Source: the human T2T-CHM13v2.0 reference genome, Homo sapiens. Taken from it: DNA of 64,000 bases. Under the pieces are notes generated by a model. That model was not told where the DNA came from and ran no database searches. It worked only from the letters and a program-made list of their open reading frames with translations. Every line of letters begins with the position of its first letter. The stretch's first letter is position 1. Shown piece after piece: positions 14,393 to 28,189 of this stretch. The stretch is from assembly GCF_009914755.1 (NCBI RefSeq), contig NC_060938.1; one strand, 5' to 3'. The position numbers and the translations under genes are program-made.

Positions 14393-14888
14393 GAGTTGAC
14401 TCTTGAAAAATGCTGGAGTTAGGAACACGGACCCTCTGCACAGTTGAAAAATCTGCCGTTACCTTTTGACTCCCCCAGAATTTAACTACTAATAGCCTAT
14501 TGTTGAGTGGAAGCCTCACCAATAACACAGTCGATTAACACATACTTTGTATTTTATATGTATTATTGACAGTATTCTTACAATAAACTAGAGAAAAGAA
14601 AATGTTATTAAGGAAATTGTAAGGAAAATACATTTACTTAAGTAAATGTATTAAGTGGAAATGGATCATGATAAAGTTCTTTATCCTCATCTTCTTCACA
14701 TTAATAGGCTGAGGGGGAGGAGGAAGAGGAGGGGTTGGTCTTGCTATCTCAGGGTGGCAGAGGTGGAAGAGATGAAGGGTGAAGGGGAAGCAAGAGAGGC
14801 AGGTACACTTGGTGCTACTTTTATTCAAAGAAATCCACATATAAGTGGACCTGCATGGTTCAAACCCATGTTGTTCTAGTGCCAAGTA
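14393..14888. mobile_element. Tigger2-derived non-autonomous DNA transposon (Tigger2a/MER8/MER28-like)
   Basis: Degenerate terminal inverted repeats gagttgactcttgaaaaatg ... catgttgttctagtgccaagta. Characteristic internal text gactcccccagaatttaactactaatagcct and gaggaggaagaggaggggttggtcttgct. Confidence 0.8.
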
Positions 14889-14934
14889 TACTTCCATAAT
14901 GCCCAAAGTCATTAATTAATAAGAGATGTGTTTT

Positions 14935-15175
14935 ATAAGTTAGAAAGACCCTGGCTTTGGGAGTCATATAATCCTAGGATCAAGTGCTGATGTTTACAGT
15001 CTGTGTAAATTTAAGCAAATGAATTTACTTAACTTTAGTTTTAAGATAAATCTCACAAATGGGCTAGTAATAATGACCTACAAGAATTTTGTGACAATTA
15101 GCAGTAAGATGTGAAAAAAAAAAAAAAAAATGCCCGACAAGGTGCTTGGCATTGAGAAGGTGCTCAGTAACTGAT
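14935..15175 (+). mobile_element. MIR SINE
   Basis: ggctttgggagtca...aaatgggctagtaataatgacctac...gtgcttggcattgagaaggtgctcagtaa. Confidence 0.6.
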
Positions 15176-17206
15176 TTGCATACATTTCAAGTATATATAT
15201 GTGCTTGTTTGTTACATATGTGTATATGCACACAGCTATGAGAAATCATGGATTCCTTTCAAAAATGTGGAAGAAAGAACCCTTTGAAGTCTATATGAAA
15301 AGAGCTTAGGAATTAATGTCCTGCTTTTATCCAAGGTATAACTGCCTACCATGTTCAAAGGGCATCGATAGAATTAATATTCAAAATTTTCTTTGAAGCC
15401 CTGATACAGAAGGACCCGGAAGTAAAACCCATAGCTATTTCTATAGGGGAATAAGTTCTCAATATCAAGTAACAGACCCAGTGGGAAAACTAGGCCATTT
15501 CTGGTTTGCTATGTTTTCTTGACTTCACATATATATTTTCTTGGTTCTGTGAAGAAGATTTGGAAGGGTTCACTTGGCGGGCAAGAAGTGATCGTGTTTC
15601 TTTGTCTGTTGGTTGGAGTTGAGCTGTACAAGTCCCCTGGGGCAGGTTTGGAGGTCTTTGAGATTTCTGCAATTGGGATTGGACTGGTTTTCATTCCGAT
15701 TCAGATGGGCTGTGGCTGCATCTCTCAGGAAATTACGGTTCACTTTTTGACCGTCCAGGAAGAGCCTTTTAAAATAGTGATGCCCAAAAAACAAACAATG
15801 ACTCCCTGCATAGGGCAAGGAGGCTGCATCTCACCCAGGGGCCAGGAAACAGGCGCCCCTGAACCTTTGCCGTTGTTTGTTTTCACACGTTATCTTCTCT
15901 TCCAGATCTGGAGACTGACATAGAAACTGTCCTCGCGGATTTAGGTGCGGTCCATTGAATTACCACCAATACTCATCTTCACAAGAATCTTAAATAGAAT
16001 CAGGCGTTTCTGTAAATATTGAAACAACTGGACATACACTTTTCATGTCGCTCTGTTTTCCTTTCTGAGGAGCTCCAGCACATTTGTTAGCTATTTGTCA
16101 TGTTACGCCTTTTACAATCATGGACCAAAACAGAGATTAGACACTAATGTAAGACAGTCTTTGTTGTCGTTGTTGTTGTTGTTGTTGTTTAAATGTGGAA
16201 AAAGGATTTTAATGTGGGAATTTATTTTCTGGAATTGTCCAATGTACAAATAGATAAAATAATTTCAGAGGTAGAGATTCTAAAGTAATTGAACCCATCG
16301 TCTTGCTAAAGACTTTTTTAAAAAAAACATTTTCATTATTTAAACTCTCTTAGCCTATCATGATGGTACCTGGGAGAATTCAGAGTTTCACAGGTGAGCA
16401 GTTACTGTGCATCTGGCACAGATGAGAACATGCTAGTTGCGCCTTGTTATGGGGTGTGTTGACTTTCAATTGATTTTAAGCACACTTGAAATGGTAATGA
16501 GAATACTGAGCTGGGAGAGAGCATATGGCCTTAACGATTTGATTCTCAGAAAACAAGCAAACATTTAAAAATGATAGAGTTTTCTGAGCGTCAAAGTCAA
16601 GGTGAAAGCTGGGTGTTTGAATGACAGAAACGATTTATTCTTTATTATCTTTAGCTGTGCCTTTATTATATTTTATTGCGTTGAGATGAAAAAAATAGAG
16701 AGGAACACCAGCATTTGCTATCCAAGTTTGGATCAAATTAAATATGACATAAGGCTTTGCTCAAAAGGTATGACAACTTTGGCGCTTTTGAACTCAAATC
16801 ATCCTTTCAAACAAAATTTAATATGAAAAAGTCAATTAAAATATAATAAGGAAAAATGTAGCTCAAGGAGCTGGAAAATGAGAGAATATATATCAGGCCA
16901 TGAGAGAAAGATGAAGAGAAATATAAGCTGTTAGGGCATGAACTACATTTATATATACAATACTCCATACATATTCTCTTATTAACTAAGACAGGTATGT
17001 GAGAAAAGGAGATGGGCGATTTAGAGAACGTTGATTTCTTTATGAGAAAATACATCCTATTACAAACATACGTGGTAAGTTTGTCTTTTTATTTGTTCTA
17101 CCTGATTTTGCTGGCTGCCATTACCAGCTAAATGGCAAAGTCTGTGAGCTTATTTTTTTCTTAAGTTGCTCTATTTTCTTGATTAGAAGCTTGATACTGG
17201 AAGTAA

Positions 17207-17389
<183 letters not shown>

Positions 17390-18559
17390 AGGATGCGGCC
17401 AACTTTAAGACATTTATTTGGTTTAAACAACTTGTGAGGAGTCCAGTCTGTTCAGAGACACAATTACTTCTACTTCTGTGGAAATCTAAAAACATGAGTG
17501 AATTATGTGGAAACGTGTGGCTTCAAATTGTATACTGATAGATGTTCCAGCTGAGTGGGACTGCTGAGATGATATATTCTGTTGGCATGCCTTTATACCC
17601 ACAAAGTGGTTTATTTACAGTCAGAAACATAATTGTCTGCAGTTGGGAACTCATCTGAGCTGATCTCAGTTTTCAAACTCTTTTTCTTACGGCTTGCCTA
17701 CACTTGTCACTATTTCCTTCAGTTGTTTCACTCAAAACTGTCAATCTAGTCACTTCATATAGACACATCCCACATCTAATGATGAAAATAATCATTGCCA
17801 TTTATTGAGCACTTACTCTATTCAGGCCATTTACTAAGTAAAAACTTTGCATAAGTAGGCTCATTTAATCTTTATAAGCTTGTTGCAAGGAGATTTTGGA
17901 TCGGAGTTGTTACACGATTTGCTGCATGTTTGTCCAGCACTCATTAATGACAGAGGAAGTGTTGGGACATACAAGTCTGTCTGACTGCATTTCAGAGAAA
18001 AGGGAATGATGGAGTGGGATTGGGTGAACTGTGTTTCATTCATCCTGGAATTAAACAGATTTCACAACTGAATAAAGCCATTATACGGGAATTCTAAACT
18101 TAGATTTTCAAGTGATTTTGGGGTGCAGTGCACAAGTGACACCAGATACTGGGAGCAGATTCAGAAAACCAAGTCTTCTCTATCATCCTTATCAGCCCTT
18201 TATGTCCACTGAATTCATCGTAGGGCTTGGCTTCTGATGGTGATGTTCTGATGCTCTGAGAAGTTCTTTAGAAGTTTGTGTGATCATAGAGCTGCTTCTA
18301 AGTTGGACCTCATAGGATTTTCGAGCTGAAGGAAACCTTAGATGTTATAAAATTCCTCTTCTTCCTGTTACGGTTTTAATATGCAATCCTAGATAAATGA
18401 AGTGACAACACTTCCCGTTAGTGACAGAACTAAGACAAAGATGTAGGTCTTCGGAATTCAATTTACCTCCTTCTCCTATTCAGACAGCCTCTCTTTAAAA
18501 AGCTGTGTTGTGTGATAGGTTTGATGATGTGCAACTTATTTTATATAGCTATACATTAA

Positions 18560-18887
<328 letters not shown>

Positions 18888-19334
18888 TTTTTTTTTTTTT
18901 TTTCAAGGTGACAAGTATTGCAAACAGCTTTTGATCCTATGAATCACTATTAACTCAATAGGCTAAAAGTATTTGCAAGGTCAGAAATGGCCATATTTTG
19001 GCTGCTGCCTCTGTAAACCACTGTGAAGAACAATCTTATAAGTAGGGCGCTACCAAAGATACAACATATTTCTCTTCCTAATTCTTAAAGCAACCATGTA
19101 AAGTAGGCATTGTTATTCATATGTACCAGGAGAAAACTGTGACCTAGTGAAGTTAAATTACTTTCCAGTAATTTCAGAATATTCAGGCATTGAACACTGG
19201 TTTCTCTAATGTGTTTTCCTCTATACCACATTGGATTGAAGAAAGAAGTTTTAAGTTAGTCAGACAGCGCCATGTACAACTAAACAAACTTAAGTTGTAC
19301 CTTAGCCATTAATTAATCTTTAATCAGTTCAATT

Positions 19335-19415
19335 ACTCTTTCTCCTTCTCTCTCTTTTCTTTCCTCCCCCCGTCTTTCCTTCTTTCCTCCTTTTCTTTCT
19401 TTCTTTCTTCCCTTT
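19335..19415. repeat. Polypyrimidine (CT-rich) low-complexity tract
   Basis: About 80 nt of almost pure C/T. Confidence 0.8.
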
Positions 19416-19649
19416 ATCAGTTGATTAACAAATTATACGTGTATTTTACAGGTGAAGAAACCAGGCCACAGGAAGATTAAATAACTTCCCCAAGGTCACA
19501 TAGCTAGGAAGTGTTAGATCTGGGATTTAAATCCAAGATCCGAATAAAAAGGCTGCATACAGCCATGGAAATGTTAAATATTATTGTCACAGGCAGTAGA
19601 AATAAAAGTTAATAGAACAGTATATGATGGGCACAATGATACCTTCAGA

Positions 19650-20480
19650 ATATCATCTGTAAGTAATTGATGGTGTTTAGAGACTGGAGACAAAGAGATG
19701 TGACGCAAGTGCAGTTCAGCTCATTTATGGGGGTAGCTATAAATAAAGGAGGAGAGGCATGTGAGCGATGTTGTAAAAGAAGAATTGACCTCACTAATGA
19801 TTCATTTGGGCGATAAGAGGAAGTAGTAGGAGGCAGCATAGGCCTCTTTACTGTAACAAAAGATGTTGATGCCATTGGTCAAAATGGAGAAGTCAGAAAA
19901 AGAGCTTGAAAGATTTGGTTTGAAGTTCCAGATGGACGTGTGTGGCTGTCGGTATCCATGGGTTTGGAAATGCAGGGCTAAATTTCTGATCAGAATGTTC
20001 TAATTGGGTTAAAGATTTGGTATCCAGACTTCTAAGATTAAAGTGGTAGCATTTAATCATGTACATTTAATCTGTGTACTGAGGAAGAGGTGCTTGGAAA
20101 TAGAACTATGAGGACTGCCCACGTTTATGTGCAGGGAAGAAAACAGGCATGGTCAGAAAAAGGAAGACTCTGACAGGACATCAGAGAAACTGATGGAGGT
20201 TAGAGCTTGGGGAAAATAAACGTGGTCAAGAGAATCTAATCCTTGCAGAGAAGTCAAGGCAAAGGAAAATTGAAAGAGACCATTAGATTTTCTATTATGA
20301 AATTATATTGTGGACTTTTTTTGCAATTTCAAAAGTATTTCAGGAGAGTATAAGCTGGATTATAAGGAACCAGGGAGTAAGAAATAGAGACAATATAATT
20401 TACATGGAAGCAAAAATAAAGGTGGAGTGGGAGCTTGGGGAACTTCCAGTGCTGGGAAAGAGTTTTTGGAATAGTGAAGA
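19650..20480 (-). mobile_element. L2 LINE fragment(s)
   Basis: Purine-rich degenerate L2-like text such as gatgccattggtcaaaatggagaag and tccttgcagagaagtcaaggcaaaggaaaattgaaagagaccattagatt. Confidence 0.55.
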
Positions 20481-21214
20481 CCTGATCCTCTTTCTCATCA
20501 GAGAAGACCTGGTTGGGGGTCGAGTCTGTGACTTATGTGTTATGCTGCACAGAGTGTTATCCATTCTAACTGCTTAATAGATGTTCGTTGAATGACAAGT
20601 TTAGTCTTTATCAAGCCAGGAGATAGATAGGACTTTCATTTCATATTGTGTAAAAAATAGAAATAAATAAGCCATTGGAAGTCGTGTCCTACAGTAACAG
20701 GAGGGTGAGAGGGAGATTGGATGAGGGGCACAAGCTGAACCTCAGAAAGGAGAATGTTCAGCTGACCAGGGAGGGACTAAGGTACAGGAAGCAGTGAAGA
20801 TGTAGGGATGGAAGCTGAAGTGCTGTAGGTAGTGTAGGATGAGATAGAAGGGAGATGCAGCATGGAAGAAACCAAGTGAAATAATGTTGCCCTGGGCAGG
20901 CGGTAAACTATGAGTCCAAGCCATCAGGGCCGGGTTGAACTCACCATGGACTAGTGGACCATTGTTGAGCCATTTTTTAAGCATTGCTTACAAGCCTCTT
21001 TGAACTTTAAATGACACAGCATGATCCTAATAAAGAGGTTCTGGAACACAGCCAGACTTCCAGGACTAAAATTATGCCCAACATCACCAGTTCCCTGGGG
21101 AGGCCACAGGCCTCTGGATAATGGAAGACAGCAGGCTGTCCTAGCAGCTGGTGAATGGCAAGCTGCAATGGATTAATGGCTTAGGGAGCAAAGCCCTGAA
21201 GACCTTCCCAGCCC

Positions 21215-21430
21215 ATAGGAAAAAGCACAACTCTGGAGTCAGAATACTTGGGTTTGAACCCCATCTTTGCTACTTGCTAACTGGACAAGCTTGAGCAAAG
21301 TCCTGCTACTCCCTGAGCCTCAGTTTGGTCGCTTATAAAATGAGACTAATGATAATACTTGCCTTAGAGAGATGTGAGGATCAAACAAGATGCATCAGAG
21401 AAAACTTTGTAAATTCTATGCAAATATTAG
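21215..21430 (+). mobile_element. MIR SINE
   Basis: ctctggagtcagaatacttgggtttgaacccc...ctccctgagcctcagttt...ataaaatgag. Confidence 0.8.
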
Positions 21431-23249
21431 ATTTTAAATAATTATAATTATTACTGGTAAAGTCACAGAGATGTGGATAGCTAAGAAAGAGTACTAGCAG
21501 AAGGATTTCCCTGTGTCTGACATACTCAGCTCAAAAATGGGAAACTTTCCCTTGAGGTCACCGTGGAATGTTTTGAATATCAGGTTCTAGAAATAGTTGC
21601 TTCTGGAAGTCAGGTGGGAGTGTTCATTGTCTACCACCAACAATGATTATTGATCTGTATGAAGGAGCAGCCATTTTCACAATAGAGAATTGCTTTTTAA
21701 CCATATCTAAGCCTGTGAATACAATTTGTTATTATTTATTTATAATGAAGGGTAGTAAAGTGTCTGCTTAGATATATAGTGACTTATAAATGCATTTGCA
21801 CATATGTATTTACATATGCACTCTTATACATACGTACACCCTGTAAATGCATGCATAAATATGCATGTATATTACACAAAAATACACATGTACCTACTTG
21901 ATTTTCTTTACTGTCTCCTGACAAAGCAATCTATTCAAATTCAGTTTCTCAAAGTAACCATTTTGCTACCACAACCTTAGAATAGTCCCTTTGCTCCGAC
22001 TTGGAGTTGTCACTGCAGAATTATTCCTGGTACACTACTGGCTTTGCTCCCTGCCCAGCTTCTCAATTGGAAGGCGAGATGGCACTTCCGATTTTATTAA
22101 AGCACGCTGGAGCTCAAAGAACAAATTGGAGAAATCAGGATTGATTACGTTATGTGCTCTCTTTGTCTTCCTCCGGGTTTGTTCAAAGCCAAGTGTGAGC
22201 TTTCAAAGCCAGAGTAGCTGAATGGAGTTCTATGCTCAGCACAGGGAACTATGATTTGGCAAATGTTCCAATTATGAAGAGTGAAATGGAAAGAGTGGGC
22301 GTAATTTTGCTTTAGGAACTGCACCTTCACATCAGTGATTTTTGCCCTGTTAACTGAATAGATCTGGCAACTTATTAGGAAACAAGTTGCTGGAGTGTCA
22401 CAAACGGATGGTGTCTTCTTTGATGCATGTGAATTCTTTGTGTAGGGGACCCTTCATTTCTGTTTAAAATGGAACAAATAAACCATTTGGAAGAGGTATT
22501 ACATAGAAATCTACTATAACCCCAGAATAATGATTACCTCTGTTTTAGGGTTTCGGGTTTTTTTGCTTTGTTTTGTTTTGTTTTGCTTTTGGAGAATGGG
22601 GGCATTTGAGCGCATAACTTCCTTCTTTACATCTGATGGGGAATGTGAAAAGTATAAATGAAGTTTATCTTAAATGCCCTGTTCTCTTCAAATCTTTCAA
22701 ATATTCCATTTAAATAGGATCTTTCTCTTTTGTGTCTGGGTATAATTTTGTTGATACCTCTTTGGCATTTATGACCATCTGCCTTAAATTATTAATTGGG
22801 CTTTCATCCTTGCCGTCCTCTCTCCTAAATAATGTGCAAGCAAGGACTTTAACTGATTTATTTCTGAATTCCCTGAAGGTACTTGGTACAAGCTGCAACA
22901 GAGAACAACGCCTGTAGAGCTATCTACAGAGAACAGTAGATAGAGGCCCCTTTGTGTCTATGGGAAAGAGGAAAGTTGAGGTTCCGGGCATCGATTATGA
23001 AGGAGAAAAAAAAAGATGTGTCATGATGCTTTCTAGAATAATAGGATTGACTGAATAACTGATAGCTTCAAAACCAGCATATAAAGAATAGCTGTGTCTG
23101 ACTGCTCATTGCTGAGTGAGGTTTTCTGATAAGGATGAGATAAGGTCAGGTAAATAACTTCTGATAATAGATGATGGGATTTCCTTTTCATTCTTACCTT
23201 TCTTTCTTTTCTGTCACATCTTGTTAGGTAATTAAGACCTGGATTGAGA

Positions 23250-23532
23250 CCAGGCACGGTGGCTCACCCCTGTAATCCCAGCATTTTGGGAGGCTGGGCG
23301 GGCAGATCACCTGAGGTCAGGAGTTTGAGACCAGTCTGGCCAACATGGCGAAACCCCACTCTACCAAAAATACAAAAATCTGCCAGGCATAGTAGTATGC
23401 ACCTGTAGTCCCTGCTACTTGGGAGGCTGAGGCACAAGAATCAATTGAACCCAGGAGGTGGAGATTGCAGCGAGCCGAGGTCTCTTGCCACTGCACTCCA
23501 GCCTGGGCGACAGAGCGAGACTCAATCTTGAA
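23250..23532 (+). mobile_element. AluS with essentially no A-tail
   Basis: Dimer flanked by an exact 13-bp TSD acctggattgaga at 23237-23249 and 23533-23545. Confidence 0.92.
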
Positions 23533-25148
23533 ACCTGGATTGAGAATGGAGAACAGATCCGAAATTAAATGTATGCATGTTTCTGGATAACATAAGGTAA
23601 CTTTTCCTTGTGTCTTGAGAGTGCCATTTTTACTGTGTTAAAACATGGCTGCTTTAACAGAAATGGAAGCCCATTTCTGTTGCTTTCTTCAATATCATTT
23701 TGATGCACTGAAGAACTTCAGGAAGCCATCCTACCTAAATCTATCCCAACCTGTCTTACTAGTTAGTGAAAACATTTTTGTGGAGTATCTTGAGGGTGGG
23801 ATGGGTTGGAAATTGTCACATATTTTAAGATTGAAAAGGAGCTTAACTATAATCTGCTTTGTCTCCTTTCATGCTGGTGGGTGGCATGACGCCTAGGAAA
23901 GGTAAGTGATGTGTCTGCCTTAGCGGAACATTCAGGAGTAAAATCATGACTTCCTGAGTCTTATCCAGATCTTCCTTTACTTATGCCTATTTCCTCTGTT
24001 TTCAACATTTATATATTGCCTGGTAATCGCCAATGTGCTCATTTTATTTACGTGACTAGATTACCAATTTACTAAGCACTCGAATCATATCTTTGACTTC
24101 TTTTGAGCTCCCACCATCTAGCCCAAGTCTTTGAACATCATAATTCACAGTAGTATTGTTCACTTTAAGGATTAATGATTGCTGTGGGCTGCATTTGTTT
24201 TCATAAATTGCTCTGGGTGAAGAAATTGAGAGAGAGTTGGAAAACTCCACCAAGAAAGAAAAAAAAAATCAGAAGCATTTAAAATAAATAAGCCTAGGAC
24301 TGTTTTTAAAACTGAGAAGATTTTTTTTTGTTGTTGTTCTTATTGTTTTTGAAATTGGACTAATGGTAGAGGGAATAAAAGGATCCAGATAAACTAAATT
24401 GCTCTAAATAGCTGTAGTTCAGAGCAGTGCTAAAGAAATACCTTCAAAGAGTGCTTAGAAAATGGGGAAGAAATTAGTCTTTCCTGCTGTGTGTGTTGGC
24501 AGAGGGGTGAAGTGGGTGGGGGTTAGGAAGGAAAATAGGAAGACATTTGGTCCTCCCAGCCTAGTCTGGCTGTCACTCCTGTTAGTGCCGACATGATTCT
24601 TTGACACAGAGAGTTCAGAATCATCACAGGTCACAGAGAAGATGCCAGTAAGAATTCATAGCCCTTTTGGGACCTAACTGCAGTGAACCTGGTAAATAAT
24701 TCAGGCAGTCAGAAGTGCCTGGGTATGGAAGACTTTAACTGAGCGTTTTTATCTTTTCTTTTAATATCATCTCAGGCCTTTCCAGCTAATTTGATTAAAA
24801 CCTACATTTCCCCACACCCCCTCTTTCTATTGTCAAGAAAGACCATTTAGGGAGCCCAGAGTTTTGTTTTCTCTCAGCTACATTGTGCTTTTGATAACTT
24901 GGAAATATAATTGGAGATTGGGAACATCATTAAGCCAGTACTGGCAGCTCTCTCCTGTGAATGGTGCTCAACACTTTTGCTTGAGTTTTGCCTCAAAAAG
25001 TCATAGATTTTCCAGATTTTAAGGCTGATAGAACCATGATATACATTTGAAAACTTATATAGTGTACATGTTACCTAATATCAGACATAATTGGGACAGT
25101 TACTTCAGTTAAATTAAGAAATCATAAAGATATTTAATAATAACTTGT

Positions 25149-25455
25149 GGCTGGGCATGGTGGCTCACGCCTGTAATCCCAGCACTTTGGGAGGCCGAGG
25201 CGGACAGATCACAAGGTCAGGAGATCGAGACCATCCTGGCTAACACGGTGAAACCCCGTCTCTACTAAAAATACAAAAAATTAACTGGGCGTGGTGGCGG
25301 GCACCTGTAGTCCCAGCTACTCGGGAGGCTGAAGCAGGAGAATGGCATGAACTGGAGCTCGCAGTGAGCCAAGATCACACCACTGCACTCCATCCAGCCT
25401 GGGCAACAGAGCAAGACTCCATCTCAAAAATAAAAATAAATAAATAAAATAAAAT
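25149..25455 (+). mobile_element. AluY-like with small internal deletion
   Basis: gctaacacggtgaaacccc and gagaatggcatgaac diagnostics, (TAAAA)n tail, TSD aataacttgt. Confidence 0.92.
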
Positions 25456-26116
25456 AACTTGTACACAGAAACATCAAATTGGACATTAATTGGCCAATCT
25501 TTTGACGTACAGCTCAGTTTTCATCTATATATTTCCATAGCACCGATTGAATTCATATTATTTTCTCCCCCAAATATGTCAACTCTGACTTCCAGTTTGC
25601 TTTATTATATTGCGATGAAAGATTTGTAAGATTCTCTTTTCCCTACTTCCCCCTCCCCCGCATATACCAGCAACTTTAGCTAGCATTCATGATTTTTTCT
25701 GAACCATTCAAGTAAGTTTTCATACCATGAGTAACTCCTTTTTGTACTCCTAATATTGCCCAACCAAATATTTCTTTATATTATATAATTACAGTTAAAA
25801 GGTATAAGTGGCATCATATACTTAGGGACTCTTGGTGAGCGCACAGCTCAATGGTTAAGAGTACTGTGTGGAGGTATTAGAAGAATATTGTAGCAACCGC
25901 TAACACTCAGTATGTCATGGGCTGGTGTATTTTGTTGAGGGTGTGAGAACACAGTGTTTTCTATGATTAAATGGAATATTGGTAGGAAATTTTCTGCTAC
26001 ATATATCCCACCTACCTGTAATCTTGGGAAAGTTACTTAAACACTTGACGTCCCAGTTTCTGCATCCCTAAAATGGCAATGTAATATTTACTACACAGTG
26101 TGGCCATCAGAATTAG

Positions 26117-26515
<399 letters not shown>

Positions 26516-27445
26516 TAATAGTGTCTCTCAAACTTCTTGCATTATTACACCCCCTTCCCCCACACCCCCTGCCACCATCCGAAGGAGATTGCCTAGATTT
26601 TTTTTTTTCTAAAGATTGCCTTCCCTCATGACATTTTAATACTACAGATCTACTGTATATCTATGGATGTACTGTAGCCACCTGGAGGGACACAAATTCT
26701 CATAATAGCTAAGGTTTTTTTAAATCTCTTTTCCACAAGAACCAGTTTTTATCCCGCTGGGGAAGACGCCATATGCTCATTGGGAATGCATGATCTATTG
26801 GGTTATAGATGATTGCGTTTTTGCTCAACCCAAGCCATCAGAGCACCATGTTAGAAGAGGGTTGACTTTCTAATGGGGGATTGAGCAAGTTTTGACCCAA
26901 GAGTCATGCTCCCTCCTCTCCTGGAAGTTTTCCTGCCGAGATGGAAGCTTAGATTTGGGAGCCAATGGTGCAGAGGGTACAGTAAGGGATTGATGCACAT
27001 CAGTGATTTTTAGAGTCTGGGAAAGCAATTAGAGTTAGGCGATATGACTTTTCTTAATAACCACTTAGCAGCAGTTTTCATTTTTGTTAATGGATTGTCA
27101 TTGAAGATTCAAAGTCATTATTCATTGAACAGAAAAGTAGGGAGTCAGTGGATTCTTGCAACAGCTAGGGGTGGGATCACAGCACCAGGGAAAAGAAAGT
27201 TTTCAGCTCCAGGAAGAAATGTTTTTGGGGAGGCCTGGAAGCTGAGATTGAATTCAGTGTGAATGTCCAGAAGAAGGACTTGCCTTCAGTTTACAAACAA
27301 GTTTTTGCTTTGCAGTCCTTCTATGAGAGTTGGTTGTAAGTGAGCTGTTTCTTAATCACCTTGTGTTGTAATTAGTTGTGGCATGCTTGTCTTATGTATT
27401 ATGCATTTTATGTGCTTTCTACTGTATTAAGAAATCAAGCGTCTC

Positions 27446-27849
27446 TGTATGAGTCAGCTCATACTGCCCGAACAAAGTACCACAGACTGCACAGACTGGA
27501 TGAATTGAACAACAGAAATGTATTTTCTCACAATTCTGGTGGCTAGGAGTTCAAGCTGTCGGCAGGGCTGGTTTCTTCCTAGGCTTTTCTCCTCAGATTG
27601 TATTAATAGATAGCCATCTTCTCTTCTCTTGGGTCCTCACATGGTCTTCCCTCTGTGTATGTCTGTTTCCTAATCTCCTCTTCCTGTACAGACACCAGTC
27701 ATATTGGATTAGGCCCCACCTTAATTACTTTATTTTAACTCGATGCTCCCCTTAAAGACTCTGTCTCCAAATATAGTCACATTCTGAGATACTGGGGGTT
27801 AGGACTTCAACATATGAGTTTTGGGTGGGAACAGTTTAGTCCATTAACA
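27446..27849 (-). mobile_element. MaLR solo LTR (MLT1B-like)
   Basis: aacaaagtaccacagactg...tctcacaattctgg...gacaccagtcatattggattagg...gtcacattctgagatactgggggttaggacttcaacatatga. Confidence 0.85.
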
Positions 27850-27880
27850 GTCCACTGCCTCTCATGTGTTTGCTTGATAA

Positions 27881-28189
<309 letters not shown>

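Noticed and set aside
15519-15923. 134-aa ORF in unique sequence
   Set aside because: It has a non-ATG start and no recognisable homology or domain, and its length is within chance expectation. The region is reported for its CpG content instead.
22912-22943. Two mutually exclusive short hairpins (ctgtaga/tctacag and ctatctac/gtagatag)
   Set aside because: Stems of 7-8 bp are too short to distinguish from chance.
23899-23907. Perfect donor AAG|GTAAGT
   Set aside because: There is no convincing acceptor upstream at exon-like distance, and isolated consensus donors are common.
26520-26790. Possible hAT-type MER fossil
   Set aside because: The ends look transposon-like, but I could not assign a family or boundaries with confidence.
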